Origin: Chloroflexota bacterium | Lineage (GTDB): Bacteria > Chloroflexota > UBA11872 > VXNJ01 | Assembly (NCBI GenBank): GCA_965203015.1 | Contig: CBDBBM010000005.1 | Coordinates: forward strand, 93,631 to 157,630 | DNA length: 64,000 nucleotides | Direction: 5' to 3' | Shown: positions 28,112 through 38,360 of the stretch, in pieces | How positions within the stretch are numbered: the first letter of the stretch is position 1 | Layout: every line of letters begins with the position of its first letter | Translations under genes and position numbers: made by a program | Notes under the pieces: model-generated | What the model was told of the DNA's origin: nothing | Database searches by the model: none | The model's input: only the letters and a program-made list of their open reading frames with translations

Positions 28112-29374
28112 TCAGCCCATTTCGCGCAGGTACTGGCCCGCCGACATGGCGACCGCGGCCCCTTCGCCGGCGGCCGTGGCGACGTACTTGGAGCTGTTCT
28201 TGCGGATATCGCCGGCGGCGAATATCCCCGGCACGGACGTTTCGAAAAGCCCCGGCTGGGCGGCCGGTGAATCCTCCAGGAGCGCCATCAGTTCGGCCGC
28301 TTCCGCGTCCGGCGGCGGCGCGTCCGGACCGGTGCGGACAAACCCCCAGTCGTCCAGGGCAACGGCACTGCTTTTCAGGAATCCCGAGTTGGGCACCATT
28401 CCGATGAAAACGAACGCGCCGCGGGCCTCGATCTCGCGCATCTCGCCGCTGATCTGATCCCGGACCTGCACCGATTCGAAATGATCGCGGCCGCGGAATT
28501 CGCGCACGTCCAGGTGATATTGGACGTCCACGTTCGGCACCTCGAGCAGCCGCTGGGCCAGTATCGAGTTGGCGGTCAGGCTGTCGCCGCGCACCAGCAG
28601 GTAGACCCGGGCCGCGTGTTCGGAAAGCGCCAGCGCGGCCTCGGCCGCCGAGTTGCCGCCGCCCACCACCGCCACTTCCTCACCGGCATAGGCGAACGCG
28701 TCGCTGGCGGCGCAGTAGTGCACCCCGGCGTTCATGAATTTTGATTCCCCTGGCACCCGCATGCGCCGGTAGGTGCTGCCGGCGGCGATGATCAGGGCGA
28801 AACAGCTGTATTCGGCCCCGTCGGCGGTGACCACGGTGTGGTACCGGCCCAGGCTGTCGACCTCGACCACATCGGCCGCCTGGATCATTTCGACGTTGGC
28901 CCGGCGGGCCTGTTCGCGCAGGCGGTCGCTCAGTTCGAAACCGCTGATCGAATCCGGGAATCCGGGCATGTTTTCAACCTGGCCGGAAACGTTCGCGTTG
29001 CCCCCGCCGAGATCGCGCTCGATGACCAGGGTGTCGATCCCGTCCTGGGTGGCAAATATCGCGGCCGTCAGTCCGGCCGGACCGCCGCCCACGATGATCA
29101 GCGGCCAGTAACGGCGCGCGCTGCCGATCTCGATTTCCAGCGCACCCGCAAGCTCGGCGTTGCTGGGGCGGAAAAGGGTCGCTCCGCCCTCAATCAGCAC
29201 CGTCGGCAGGACCGGACGTCCCTCTCCCAGCTCTTCGAACTCGGCGGCCGCGGCCGGTTGCTCGACCAGGTCGACCCAGCGGAATCTGACGCCCTGTTCG
29301 CCCAGGAACTTCCTGCTCCGACGGCAGTCGGGGCACCACCGGATTCCGTAAATCGTGACTTTTGGGTTGGCCAT
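28112..29374 (-). CDS. Glutaredoxin-like (NrdH/Grx, CPDC) domain fused to thioredoxin-reductase-like flavoprotein with CAAS in place of CxxC
   Basis: N-terminal VTIYGIRWCPDCRRSRKFL, then FAD GGGPAGLTAA and NAD(P) GGGNSAAEAA motifs. The active-site position reads HYCAASDAF versus canonical CATCDGF. Confidence 0.7.
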   Translation of the reverse strand: MANPKVTIYGIRWCPDCRRSRKFLGEQGVRFRWVDLVEQPAAAAEFEELGEGRPVLPTVLIEGGATLFRPSNAELAGALEIEIGSARRYWPLIIVGGGPAGLTAAIFATQDGIDTLVIERDLGGGNANVSGQVENMPGFPDSISGFELSDRLREQARRANVEMIQAADVVEVDSLGRYHTVVTADGAEYSCFALIIAAGSTYRRMRVPGESKFMNAGVHYCAASDAFAYAGEEVAVVGGGNSAAEAALALSEHAARVYLLVRGDSLTANSILAQRLLEVPNVDVQYHLDVREFRGRDHFESVQVRDQISGEMREIEARGAFVFIGMVPNSGFLKSSAVALDDWGFVRTGPDAPPPDAEAAELMALLEDSPAAQPGLFETSVPGIFAAGDIRKNSSKYVATAAGEGAAVAMSAGQYLREMG

Positions 29375-29614
29375 GGCGGGTTCCCGGCCCGGTGGCGGGG
29401 TCTCGGACTATGGCTTTCCCCGGTCCGGCCGTTTCCCCATTCTTGCGCACGATCCAGCGCCCGCCGGAGCGATTGGGGGCGGAGTTGCGCACCACCGCGG
29501 CATTCGGCCAAATTAACCTAATTGACGGACCGGCAACGGCGCTGCCGCACGGCGGTCAGAAGTCGCGCCCGGGCGCGATCGTCCGACCGGCGCCGGTCGC
29601 AAGCGAGGCGGGTC

Positions 29615-30793
29615 ATGGCGCGATTCTGGGAAGTCCTGCTGGTCGCCACGCGCCTGGGCCTGACCTCCTTCGGCGGCCCGATCGCCCACATCGGCTATTT
29701 CCGCGAAGAGTACGTGGTCCGCCGCAAATGGCTCAGCGATGCGCGGTTCGCCGAACTGGTCGCGCTGTGCCAGTTCCTGCCCGGCCCGGCCAGTTCGCAG
29801 CTTGGGATCGCGATCGGGTTCGGCCGCGCCGGTTACCTTGGGGCACTGCTGGCCTGGCTGGGTTTCACGCTGCCTTCGGCCGCGGCCATGATCCTCTTTG
29901 CCTACGGGGTCACCGAATTCGGCGGTGAGGATGCCGGCTGGCTGCGCGGCCTGCAGATCGTGGTGGTCGCGGTCGTGGCCAACGCCCTCTGGGGAATGGC
30001 CAATCAACTCGCCCCCGACCGAGCGCGCATCACGGTCGCGGTGCTGGCGGCGATCGCGCTGCTTCTGTTCGGCGGCGTGGCCGTGCAGCTGGCGGTCATC
30101 GCCGCCGGCGCCGCCCTGGGGCTGGTCTTCCTGCGCCCCGAGCCTGAAAACCAGGCCGCTCCACCGATTCGGCGCCGCGGCATCGGCATTGCGGCGCTGG
30201 CCCTGGTGGTATTTGCGGGACTGCTGGTGATTCTGCCGGTGGCCAGCCGGCTTGCCGCAGATCCGGTCCTTGAGGCTTTCGAGAGTTTCTACCGCTCCGG
30301 GTCGCTGGTCTTCGGCGGGGGCCACGTGGTCCTGCCGCTGCTGCAGGCCGAAGTGGTCGGACCGGGCTGGGTCTCGGCCAACGATTTCGTCGCCGGTTAC
30401 GGTGCCGCGCAGGCGATCCCGGGCCCGCTCTTTACCTTCTCGGCCTACCTCGGAACGATCATGGGGATAACCGGCCCGGCCTGGCTGGGCGGGTTGATCG
30501 CGCTGGCGGCCGTGTTCCTGCCGTCTTTCCTGCTGGTCCTGGGCCTGCTGCCGATCTGGGACCGGGTCCGCACCATCCAGTCCGTGCGCAGGGCGCTGAT
30601 GGGCGTGAATGCCGCCGTAGTCGGGATCCTGCTGGCGGCGCTCTATGACCCGGTTTTCTCCGGGGCGATTTCATCGGCGCCGGATTTTGCCCTAGCGGCG
30701 GCCGCATTCGCGCTGCTTTCGTTCTGGAAGGTCCCGCCCTGGCTGGTGGTCGTGCTGACCGCGGCGGGAGGGGTTCTGCTGCAGGTGATTTAG
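29615..30793 (+). CDS. chrA: Chromate transporter ChrA (CHR family)
   Basis: GLTSFGGPIAHIGYF and the duplicated-half architecture FGGGHVVLPLLQ. ATG at 29615. Confidence 0.8.
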   Translation: MARFWEVLLVATRLGLTSFGGPIAHIGYFREEYVVRRKWLSDARFAELVALCQFLPGPASSQLGIAIGFGRAGYLGALLAWLGFTLPSAAAMILFAYGVTEFGGEDAGWLRGLQIVVVAVVANALWGMANQLAPDRARITVAVLAAIALLLFGGVAVQLAVIAAGAALGLVFLRPEPENQAAPPIRRRGIGIAALALVVFAGLLVILPVASRLAADPVLEAFESFYRSGSLVFGGGHVVLPLLQAEVVGPGWVSANDFVAGYGAAQAIPGPLFTFSAYLGTIMGITGPAWLGGLIALAAVFLPSFLLVLGLLPIWDRVRTIQSVRRALMGVNAAVVGILLAALYDPVFSGAISSAPDFALAAAAFALLSFWKVPPWLVVVLTAAGGVLLQVI

Positions 30794-31081
30794 CAGCGGC
30801 TCCGGAGCCGGCCGGTAGCGCGGGCCGGCAAAGCCGCCAGCCCGGGTGCAATCATCGCCGGGCGAACGCCACCCGTCCGGGTTGGCGGGAGGCGCGATCG
30901 CGGCGGGGCCGCCCGGCGCGGCCACGGGGGCCCCCGCCGATGCGGCCCGCCTGCCCGCGCCGCAGCTCGGCCTCGATCCGCCCGCCGCCGGGCCGCCCGG
31001 CCCCGTGTTACCGGGCGCCAATGCCTGTACGCGTTGCGAGCCGGGCGTTGCAGCGGCAATTCTTGACTAAAACACCTGAAT

Positions 31082-32332
31082 ATGCCAAGATTCGCAATGA
31101 GTTCGCTTGCGGCTGCCGCCCGCGCGATGGATCGCTCGACGGCCGGCGGTCTGTTATCGCTTGCCGGTCTCGCAGTCGTTTACCTCCTCGCGCTGAGCGC
31201 CGACGCTGCATGGCCGGTGTTCTGGGTCGTTGGAGTCGCCTTCGGGGCGATTTGTCAGCGCAGCCGGTTCTGCTTCGTGGCCGGATTTCGCGACCTTTTC
31301 CTTATGCGCCAGGGCCGCATGCTGCGCGGCATCATAGCCGGCCTGGCCGTCGCCACCGCCGGATTCGCGATGGTGATGGCAACCATCGTTCCCAACCCCG
31401 GGTCGGGGGTGTTGCCCTCCGACGCCCACATCCTCCCGCTCGGGATCGCCACCGTACTGGGCGGACTCCTCTTTGGCTACGGCATGGTCATCGCCGGCGG
31501 CTGCGTGAGCGGATCGCTCTACCGCATGGGCGAGGGCTACATCGGTTCCTGGGTGGCGATCGGCGGAGTGCTGATCGGACTTTATGCGCTGAACCGCACC
31601 TGGAACTGGTGGTGGGACAACCAGATCAGCGGCGACATCATCGCCTGGATTCCGACCAGCTTCACCTATACCTGGGCGATCGTGACGACGCTGGTGCTGC
31701 TGGCGCTCGCGTTCGCCGCCGTTTCCTGGTGGGAACGGCGCGGTTTTACCGCCATGTCGGTGGCCATTCCCATCAGCTCGGCCGCTCCGCAGCCCGCCGG
31801 CCCGGACACCACGCTGGCGGCCGTTGCCCGGAAGGTTTTCCGGGCCGAATGGACCCCGCTGATCGGCGGCATCGCGCTGGCCGCCGTCAACATCCTGCTC
31901 TTTATCCGCTATCGCCCGCTGGGCGTGGTCGGCGAACTATCGCGCTGGGTCTCCGACCTCGCCGACAGCGTTGGCGCCGGCGTCGGCGAACTGAACGGGA
32001 TCAGCGACCTTCCCGGTTGCGTGCCGCGCTTTGTCGAGGGAACCTGGTTCACCGACGCGTTCATGCTCAACGCCGGAATAATCGCCGGCGCTTTCACGGC
32101 CGCGCTGCTGGCGCGTGAATTTCGCCTGCGCATCCCGCGCAGCCCCCGCCGCTACCTGCAATCGCTCGGCGGCGGCGTGGTGATGGGCTACGGCGCCGGG
32201 CTGGGCCTGGGGTGCACGATCGGGGCGTTCTTCTCGGCAATCCCCTCGCTTGCCCTCAACGGCTGGGTGTACGCGCTGGCGCTGGCCGTGGGCGCATACG
32301 CCGGGACCGCGTTCATCAGGAGATTCCCGTGA
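31082..32332 (+). CDS. YeeE/YedE family sulfur-compound (thiosulfate) transporter
   Basis: Two halves with conserved Cys motifs (QRSRFCF, AGGCVSG, GLGLGCTIG). Confidence 0.75.
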   Translation: MPRFAMSSLAAAARAMDRSTAGGLLSLAGLAVVYLLALSADAAWPVFWVVGVAFGAICQRSRFCFVAGFRDLFLMRQGRMLRGIIAGLAVATAGFAMVMATIVPNPGSGVLPSDAHILPLGIATVLGGLLFGYGMVIAGGCVSGSLYRMGEGYIGSWVAIGGVLIGLYALNRTWNWWWDNQISGDIIAWIPTSFTYTWAIVTTLVLLALAFAAVSWWERRGFTAMSVAIPISSAAPQPAGPDTTLAAVARKVFRAEWTPLIGGIALAAVNILLFIRYRPLGVVGELSRWVSDLADSVGAGVGELNGISDLPGCVPRFVEGTWFTDAFMLNAGIIAGAFTAALLAREFRLRIPRSPRRYLQSLGGGVVMGYGAGLGLGCTIGAFFSAIPSLALNGWVYALALAVGAYAGTAFIRRFP

Positions 32333-32601
32333 GCGTGAAAACCCTTGACCTGCGGGGCCGGCCGGCCCCGGAACAGATGCGGCTGGCCCAGGCCGCGGTC
32401 GGGAAAGCGGCCGCCGGCAAAGCGCTGCAGATCAGCACCGACCTTGAAATCGTCGCCACCTCGGTGCTGGCGGCGGCGGCCGGCCAGGGCCTGGCGGGCC
32501 GCGTCGAACCACCCGCCGACGGGGCGCGAACAATAACCATCTCGCCGGGCAACCGCCCGGCCGCGGCAAACCCAAACGAGGAAAAGGAGACCATCCGATG
32601 A
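32329..32601 (+). CDS. TusA-like protein lacking the catalytic cysteine
   Basis: KTLDLRGRPAPEQMRLAQ aligns to the TusA LDLRGLxCPxPLL motif with CP replaced by RP. GTGA overlap with yeeE and ATGA overlap with the next gene. Confidence 0.45.
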   Translation: MSVKTLDLRGRPAPEQMRLAQAAVGKAAAGKALQISTDLEIVATSVLAAAAGQGLAGRVEPPADGARTITISPGNRPAAANPNEEKETIR

Positions 32602-32855
32602 CTCAGGAAAACAAGGCGCCGGTACTCGACGTACGCGGCGAGATCTGCCCATACCCGATGCTGCGCACCACCCGCGAACTCGACAACGTGCGTCCGGGCG
32701 CGCCGGAGCTGCTGGTCTGGACCGACCACCCGCCGGCGCTGGCGACCATCCCGCCGGAAGCGTTCAAGCGCGGTTACGGCTGCGAAATATCCGAACGCCG
32801 GGCCGGCGAGTGGGAGATCCACATCTTCAACGCCGAAGCGGCGGCCGACAAATAA
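32598..32855 (+). CDS. TusA-family sulfurtransferase (YeeD/TsuB-like)
   Basis: LDVRGEICPYPMLRTTRELD with a canonical CPxP motif. Confidence 0.75.
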   Translation: MTQENKAPVLDVRGEICPYPMLRTTRELDNVRPGAPELLVWTDHPPALATIPPEAFKRGYGCEISERRAGEWEIHIFNAEAAADK

Positions 32856-32923
32856 CCCTGCCCAACTCAATTCAACGGGGCGATTTCGTCGCTCCACCAA
32901 CCACAGACATCAAGAGAGGTTTT

Positions 32924-33901
32924 ATGAACATCTGGTCTGGAATATCTGGCGGCCTTGGGCGACTTGGCCGCAAAACCGGTTTGCTGGCCCTGGTCATGCT
33001 GTCGGTGGCCGCCCTGGCCGTGGCCTGCAACCCCTTCGAGGAGGAAGCTCCCGAACTTGCCACCGGCCTGGACGACCGCGGTTATGCCAACACCGAACGG
33101 CTGGTCACGACCCAGTGGATCGAGGACAACCTCGACAACGACCGGGTCTTCCTCCTGGACGTGCGCAAGGAAGAGCAGTACGCCGAGGGTCACATCCCGG
33201 GCGCGGTCCGGGTTACGCCCAACGAAGCTTTCCAGCAGGAGATTAACGGTGTCGCCGGGCTGATCCCGCCGGCATCCCACGTCGCCGGAGTGCTGGCCAG
33301 CATCGGCGCCACGCCCGATGACACCATCGTCATCTACGACCAGCGCGCCTCGCTCTGGGCTTCGCGCGGTCTCTGGGTGCTCGACGTATACGGTCACGAA
33401 GACGTCCGGATCCTCGACGGCGACTTCCCGCTCTGGGAGTCCGAGGGCCGCGAGGTCAGCACCGTAGCCCCGTCAGTTTCGGCTTCCGACTATGAGTTCA
33501 GCGGGACGCCGAACAACGACATCATCGCCAGCTGGGACGACATCATCGCATCGATCGAGGACCCGAGCGTCCTGGTCTGCGATGCCCGCTCGGCCGAAGA
33601 GTACGCCGGTCGCGACGTGCGCGCCGAGCGCGGCGGCCACATCCCCGAATCCGTAAACGTGGACTGGGCCCGCGCCGTGGGCGAGGACGGACGATTCCTG
33701 TCGGCCGCCGAATTGCGCGGGATCTACCAGGGCGAGGGCGTAGAGGCCAACGGTACGGTCTACACGCTCTGCCAGACGGCGGTTCGCGCAACCCACTCGT
33801 GGTTCGTGCTCTCTGACCTGCTCGGTTATCCCGACGTGAAGGTCTACGACGGATCGTGGACCGAGTACGGCAACCGCGCCGACTCCCCGATCGAAACCTA
33901 A
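32924..33901 (+). CDS. Thiosulfate sulfurtransferase (tandem rhodanese), lipoprotein
   Basis: Lipobox LAVAC signal, two rhodanese domains, active-site Cys in TLCQTAVRA. Confidence 0.75.
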   Translation: MNIWSGISGGLGRLGRKTGLLALVMLSVAALAVACNPFEEEAPELATGLDDRGYANTERLVTTQWIEDNLDNDRVFLLDVRKEEQYAEGHIPGAVRVTPNEAFQQEINGVAGLIPPASHVAGVLASIGATPDDTIVIYDQRASLWASRGLWVLDVYGHEDVRILDGDFPLWESEGREVSTVAPSVSASDYEFSGTPNNDIIASWDDIIASIEDPSVLVCDARSAEEYAGRDVRAERGGHIPESVNVDWARAVGEDGRFLSAAELRGIYQGEGVEANGTVYTLCQTAVRATHSWFVLSDLLGYPDVKVYDGSWTEYGNRADSPIET

Positions 33902-34085
33902 AACCCTGCCGGGGCGTCGCGCGACCCGCGACGCCCCGGTACATCTTCCCGGGCCGGACCCGCAAGCGGGATCGGCCCGTCCTTTCAGGGCCCCCGTCCG
34001 CTCGTCGGGAAGAAGGTCCCTGGCGCGCGTCCGGCCGGGACCGGCCGGGTGGGACCCTGGGCGCCCGACTGCGCGGGCGCCGGGC

Positions 34086-35066
34086 TCAATTGGGAGCAGC
34101 TACCCTCGCCAGGCGCAGTTCGTGGGCCCCGTCCTCGCGACCGAGTTCGTAGAAATAAAGCAACTCATCGCCGTAGCGGACGCATTCAAGGTAGCGCAGG
34201 CAGCCGGTGCCGTAGGGACCTTCCAGGATCGGACCGTCCACGGAGTGCTTGACCACGTGGACCAGGTCAAGGGACGAACAGACCCCGGTCTTGTCCTCGT
34301 AGACGTCACCGTCGGTCACGCGGCCGTCGTAAAAGATGACAAATCCCTGCTCGTGCATGACCACCGAGGAGATTCGGGCCACGTTTCGGTCCCAGCCGTT
34401 GCCGGGCGTGGTTATGTCGCGCTGAAATTGGAACCTGCGTCCGCAGGCCGATGTCCATAGTCCGGTCGGGTGCAGCACCAGACCGGTGGTGAACACGTTT
34501 TCGGTCGAGTGCAGGTCCTCGTAGCTGGACCCCGGAACCACCGATTCGCGCGGCGCGTAGGGGACGAACATGTACGTCAACCCGCCGATGAAGAGCACCA
34601 CCGGGTCCTTTACGCCTTCGGTCAGCGTGGAGGCCGGATCGAGAACCCGGATCCGCTTGGCGGGATCGAACGCGCGCGGATCCTCGGCTTCCAGCAGGTC
34701 GATTACCCACCGTCGGTCCGAATCCACGTATGAGATGTAGTAGCGCCAGCTGCCGTCGGGCGCCCGGGCCAGCGCGCTGCGTTCGATCGACGAGGTATCA
34801 AAATCCCCGGCAAAACAGGCCCAGATCTCCTCGAATTCGTCGCCGCCGTCGGAAACGCTGATCGCCGATTTCCAGCCGCGACCGTCATTCAAGGGACGGC
34901 GATGGCGGGTGCTCAGGTAGATCTCACGGCCATCCACCCAGGCGCTGGGGGCGCCCACCCAGTAGCCGTTGCCGGCGGCCTCGGGCTCTTTGATGACCTT
35001 TCCCGCCGCGGGATCGAACAGGGGCAGGGATCCGATCGATTTCACGCCAGTTGGCAACTCATCCAC
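34086..35066 (-). CDS. Hypothetical protein, possible five-bladed beta-propeller glycosidase-like fold
   Basis: ORF only; weak resemblance to the GH43/GH32/GH130 superfamily. Not assignable. Confidence 0.3.
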   Translation of the reverse strand: MDELPTGVKSIGSLPLFDPAAGKVIKEPEAAGNGYWVGAPSAWVDGREIYLSTRHRRPLNDGRGWKSAISVSDGGDEFEEIWACFAGDFDTSSIERSALARAPDGSWRYYISYVDSDRRWVIDLLEAEDPRAFDPAKRIRVLDPASTLTEGVKDPVVLFIGGLTYMFVPYAPRESVVPGSSYEDLHSTENVFTTGLVLHPTGLWTSACGRRFQFQRDITTPGNGWDRNVARISSVVMHEQGFVIFYDGRVTDGDVYEDKTGVCSSLDLVHVVKHSVDGPILEGPYGTGCLRYLECVRYGDELLYFYELGREDGAHELRLARVAAPN

Positions 35067-35219
35067 TCCTGCGGCCTGGGGAATGTCGCCGCCGCCGCGA
35101 ACGCGTCAGGAGTCCGACTCAGGCACGGCCGGCACGGCGATCAGCCAGATTATCAACGCCACCCGCGGCCGGTTTGCTTCCTCCCCGCAAGTGGGGGGCG
35201 GACACCGCGCCGGTCGGGC

Positions 35220-36404
35220 CTAGCCAATCAGCGGCGAGCTGCGGAAACGCCATGCCGCGACCAGTGAAAAGGCGGCCGCGAACCCGAGCAGGGCAATCAG
35301 TTCGCCGGCAACCGATTCGAACTGGCCGCCGAAGAGCATCAGGCGGTTGAAGGCGGTATTGGCCCAGCCGTGCGGGGTGATCAACGCCAGCGACTGCATC
35401 CAGTCCGGGGTTATGAACAGCGGCCACCAGCACCCGCCGAGCGGGGCGGCGACCAGCGCCGCCAGGATGGCGGCCGGGGTCGCGGCGCGTTCGGTCCGCA
35501 CAAGGCTCGCCAGCAGGATTGCGAACGCCGACGAAACCAAAACCATCAGCAACGCCACCAGGACCGTCGCCAGCGGGGCCAGGCCAAGGTCCATGCCGAA
35601 CACCAGTACTCCGAACAGTCCCAGCGCGGCGACCTGCGTCAGCCCCAGGGCGGCGGCCGAGAGGAATTTTCCAAACAGGACCTGCGCCGGGCTGGCGCCG
35701 GCCGCAACCATCCGCGCCAGCGTTCCCGACGCGCGCTCGCGGGCGAGCTCGGCGGCCGCAAACGCGGCCGCCATGAAAACGAACATGACAAGGTAACCCG
35801 GGACCGTGAAGTCGGCCGGGTTGGGCGGTTCGATGCTGCCGACGTCGACCTCGGAGAAACTAACGCCCGTGTCCGGGGGCGCCGCCCGGGCCGCCGGCGG
35901 GGCGTTGAGCGAGGACAGCGTGGCCGCGAGCGCCATCTGCAGTTGGATCTGGCGGGCGATCGAATCGGCGAACGATTCGAGGGCCGCCTGCTGCTGCGGG
36001 TCCGAATCGGCCACGACCTCCAGCCTGGTCCCGGTGCCCGAGAAGATGCCCGGGCCAAAGTCCGGCGGGAAAAGGATGTAGCCCGAAAGCTCGCCCGATT
36101 CGAGCCCGTCCGCGGCCGCCGCATTGTCGAGGGATATGAATTCGATTCCTTCGACCGGAGCCTGGACCAGCGCATCGATCATCGCCCGGGAGAACGCCTG
36201 CGGCCCGGGCTCGGCGGTCGCGAGCGCGATTGTGGGCGGCGGCGCGCTCTCGGCGGTTTCGGAAAGGCCCGGCCCGAGCATGAAAAAGAACGCGACCGCA
36301 AACGCCACCGGGAATCCCAGCGCGAACGCCAGCCCGAAGCGGTCCCGGCGCAGCCGCAGCAGGTCTTTGCCGGCCACGGCCAGTACCACCCGGATGCCCG
36401 CCAT
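35220..36404 (-). CDS. ABC-2 type transporter permease with large extracytoplasmic loop
   Basis: N-terminal VLAVAGKDLLRLRRDRFGLAFALGFPV, about 200 aa loop, C-terminal five-TM bundle. Confidence 0.65.
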   Translation of the reverse strand: MAGIRVVLAVAGKDLLRLRRDRFGLAFALGFPVAFAVAFFFMLGPGLSETAESAPPPTIALATAEPGPQAFSRAMIDALVQAPVEGIEFISLDNAAAADGLESGELSGYILFPPDFGPGIFSGTGTRLEVVADSDPQQQAALESFADSIARQIQLQMALAATLSSLNAPPAARAAPPDTGVSFSEVDVGSIEPPNPADFTVPGYLVMFVFMAAAFAAAELARERASGTLARMVAAGASPAQVLFGKFLSAAALGLTQVAALGLFGVLVFGMDLGLAPLATVLVALLMVLVSSAFAILLASLVRTERAATPAAILAALVAAPLGGCWWPLFITPDWMQSLALITPHGWANTAFNRLMLFGGQFESVAGELIALLGFAAAFSLVAAWRFRSSPLIG

Positions 36405-36410
36405 GGCGAC

Positions 36411-37601
36411 CTAACCCCCCGGTCGCGCGGTGCTGAACAGCAACCGCCCCAGAACCAGCAGACCCACTGCGACGCCGGCCAGCACCGCCATCTCAAGGCC
36501 ATGGTCGGTCAGGCTGGTACCGTCCTCGATCAGTCCCCGCAGCGCGTCGTTGGCGTAGCGGTTGATGGTCGCGTACCCGACAAGGTCCAGCGCCCCTTCG
36601 AGGTCGCCCTGGAAGAACGATCCGCCGAGCGTTGCCATGACCAGGGTGATGGTCACTCCGGCCCAGTTGGCCTGGGCCTGGCTGCGGGCCAGGCCGGCGA
36701 TCAGCATGCCGACCGCGGCCGCGGCGGCGGCCATGAGCAGGCCGATCAGCAGGATCTGGACGACCTGGACCGGTGAAAACGAACGGTTGATCGCCCAGGC
36801 GAGCGCGGTCAGCAGGAACGCAGGCGCAAAACCGCGGGCCAGGGCCCCCAGGTACTTGCCCAGGAAAATCCCGGTCGCCCCCAGCCGGGTTATCAGCAGG
36901 CGTTCGAGGGTCCCGTTCTCACGCTCGAGGACTATCGCGGCGACCGACGTTGCCACCGTGAACATCACGATCATGGTCAGGATGCCGCTGAAGGTGCGAT
37001 CGAAGGCGTCGACCGTGCCGACGTTCTCGGGCGTGACCACCGCGACCAGCGGCTGGCGCTCCCAGGCGGCCAGCTGGTCCAGGAAACCGGATTCGGCGGC
37101 GGCCGGATCGGTCCCCGGCACCGCGGCCGCGGCCGCCCGGATGCTCCGCAGCGCGGCAGCGGCTGCCGCCTGCCGCCCGGCCAGCGAGCGCACGATGGCG
37201 GCCACCACCCGGCCCTCATCGCCGCCGCCGCCGCGGGAATGGAACTGGATGGCCGGCAGGGATGGGCCCGCAGCCAGCGATTCCCCGTAGCCGGGTTGAA
37301 CGTGGGTTACCAGCAGGCGCTGCGAACCGTCAAGCAGCTGCCGGGCCCGGTCGGCCTCGAGCAGTTCCACCGTCAGGCCCGGACGGTCCTCGATGAGCCG
37401 GATCAGCTCCTCTGATTCGGGGCTGCGGTCCAGGTCGACGATGCTGGCGGTCGCCGAGAAATCGCCGCTGCCGCCGAACGCCCCCACCATCACCGCCAGC
37501 AGCGCCACCGGCAGGGCCAGCGAGAGCAATAGCGCCTGGCGGTCGCGGGCGTAGCGCTTTAACTCGGTGAGCCCAAGGTCCAGCGGCGCGATGATCTTCA
37601 T
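36411..37601 (-). CDS. ABC-2 type transporter permease with large extracytoplasmic loop
   Basis: N-terminal MKIIAPLDLGLTELKRYARDRQALLLSLALPV; same architecture as the neighbouring permease. Confidence 0.65.
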   Translation of the reverse strand: MKIIAPLDLGLTELKRYARDRQALLLSLALPVALLAVMVGAFGGSGDFSATASIVDLDRSPESEELIRLIEDRPGLTVELLEADRARQLLDGSQRLLVTHVQPGYGESLAAGPSLPAIQFHSRGGGGDEGRVVAAIVRSLAGRQAAAAAALRSIRAAAAAVPGTDPAAAESGFLDQLAAWERQPLVAVVTPENVGTVDAFDRTFSGILTMIVMFTVATSVAAIVLERENGTLERLLITRLGATGIFLGKYLGALARGFAPAFLLTALAWAINRSFSPVQVVQILLIGLLMAAAAAAVGMLIAGLARSQAQANWAGVTITLVMATLGGSFFQGDLEGALDLVGYATINRYANDALRGLIEDGTSLTDHGLEMAVLAGVAVGLLVLGRLLFSTARPGG

Positions 37602-37606
37602 TGGCT

Positions 37607-38360
37607 CTATTCGCGCAGCGAACGACCGGTCAGGCCCAGAAAAACCTGCTCCAGGGTCACTTCTGCCGGGTCCCCGATGGCCGACTTGAGTTCGCGCGGG
37701 GAGCCCTGGGCCACGATCCGCCCCAGGTCGATGACCACCACGTGGTCGCAAAGGCGGTCGGCTTCCTCCATGTAGTGCGTCGTGTACACGATCGTCATTC
37801 CCTCATCGCGCAGCGATTCGACCACTTCGAATATCCGGTTGCGCGACTGTGGATCGACCCCGACGGTCGGTTCGTCAAGCAGGAGCAGGCGCGGGCTGGC
37901 CACCAGCGCCACGGCGATGTTGAGGCGCCGCTTCATCCCGCCCGAGTAGGTCCCGGCCCGGTCGGATGCCCGGTCGGTGAGCCCCACCAGCTCAAGTTGC
38001 GCTTCAGCGCTGGCCCGGGCCGCGCGGCGTGAAAGGCCGGAGAGGCGCCCAAAGAAGGACACGTTTTCCTGGCCGGTCAGGTCTTCGTAGATCGCAAGGT
38101 CCTGCGGGGCACACGCCCAGCTGGGCGCGAACCGCCCCGGGGTCGGCGTTCACCGAGATTCCGCCCACGGCGATGTCGCCGGAGTCGGCGGGGAGGATCG
38201 TCGTGAGAATCCGCAGAAACGTGGTCTTGCCGGCCCCGTTCGGTCCCAGCAACCCGGTTATTCCACCGCCGTCCACTTCAAAACTGATCCCGTCGAGGGC
38301 CACGCGGGTACCGAAACTCTTGCCGACCGCTTCTACTGAGATCAGCGGACTTGAGGGCAA
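37607..38360 (-). pseudogene. ABC transporter ATP-binding protein, frameshifted
   Basis: ORF 38004..38360 carries the Walker A motif (GPNGAGKTT). ORF 37607..38062 carries the signature YSGGMKRRL and Walker B LLLLDEPT. The frames join at the GGGG run at 38106-38109 (expected VCPQDLAIYEDL). Possible homopolymer sequencing error. Confidence 0.6.

Noticed and set aside
35370-36776. 468 aa plus-strand ORF rich in R, G, E and D
   Set aside because: Antisense to the two ABC-2 permease genes. Composition artifact.
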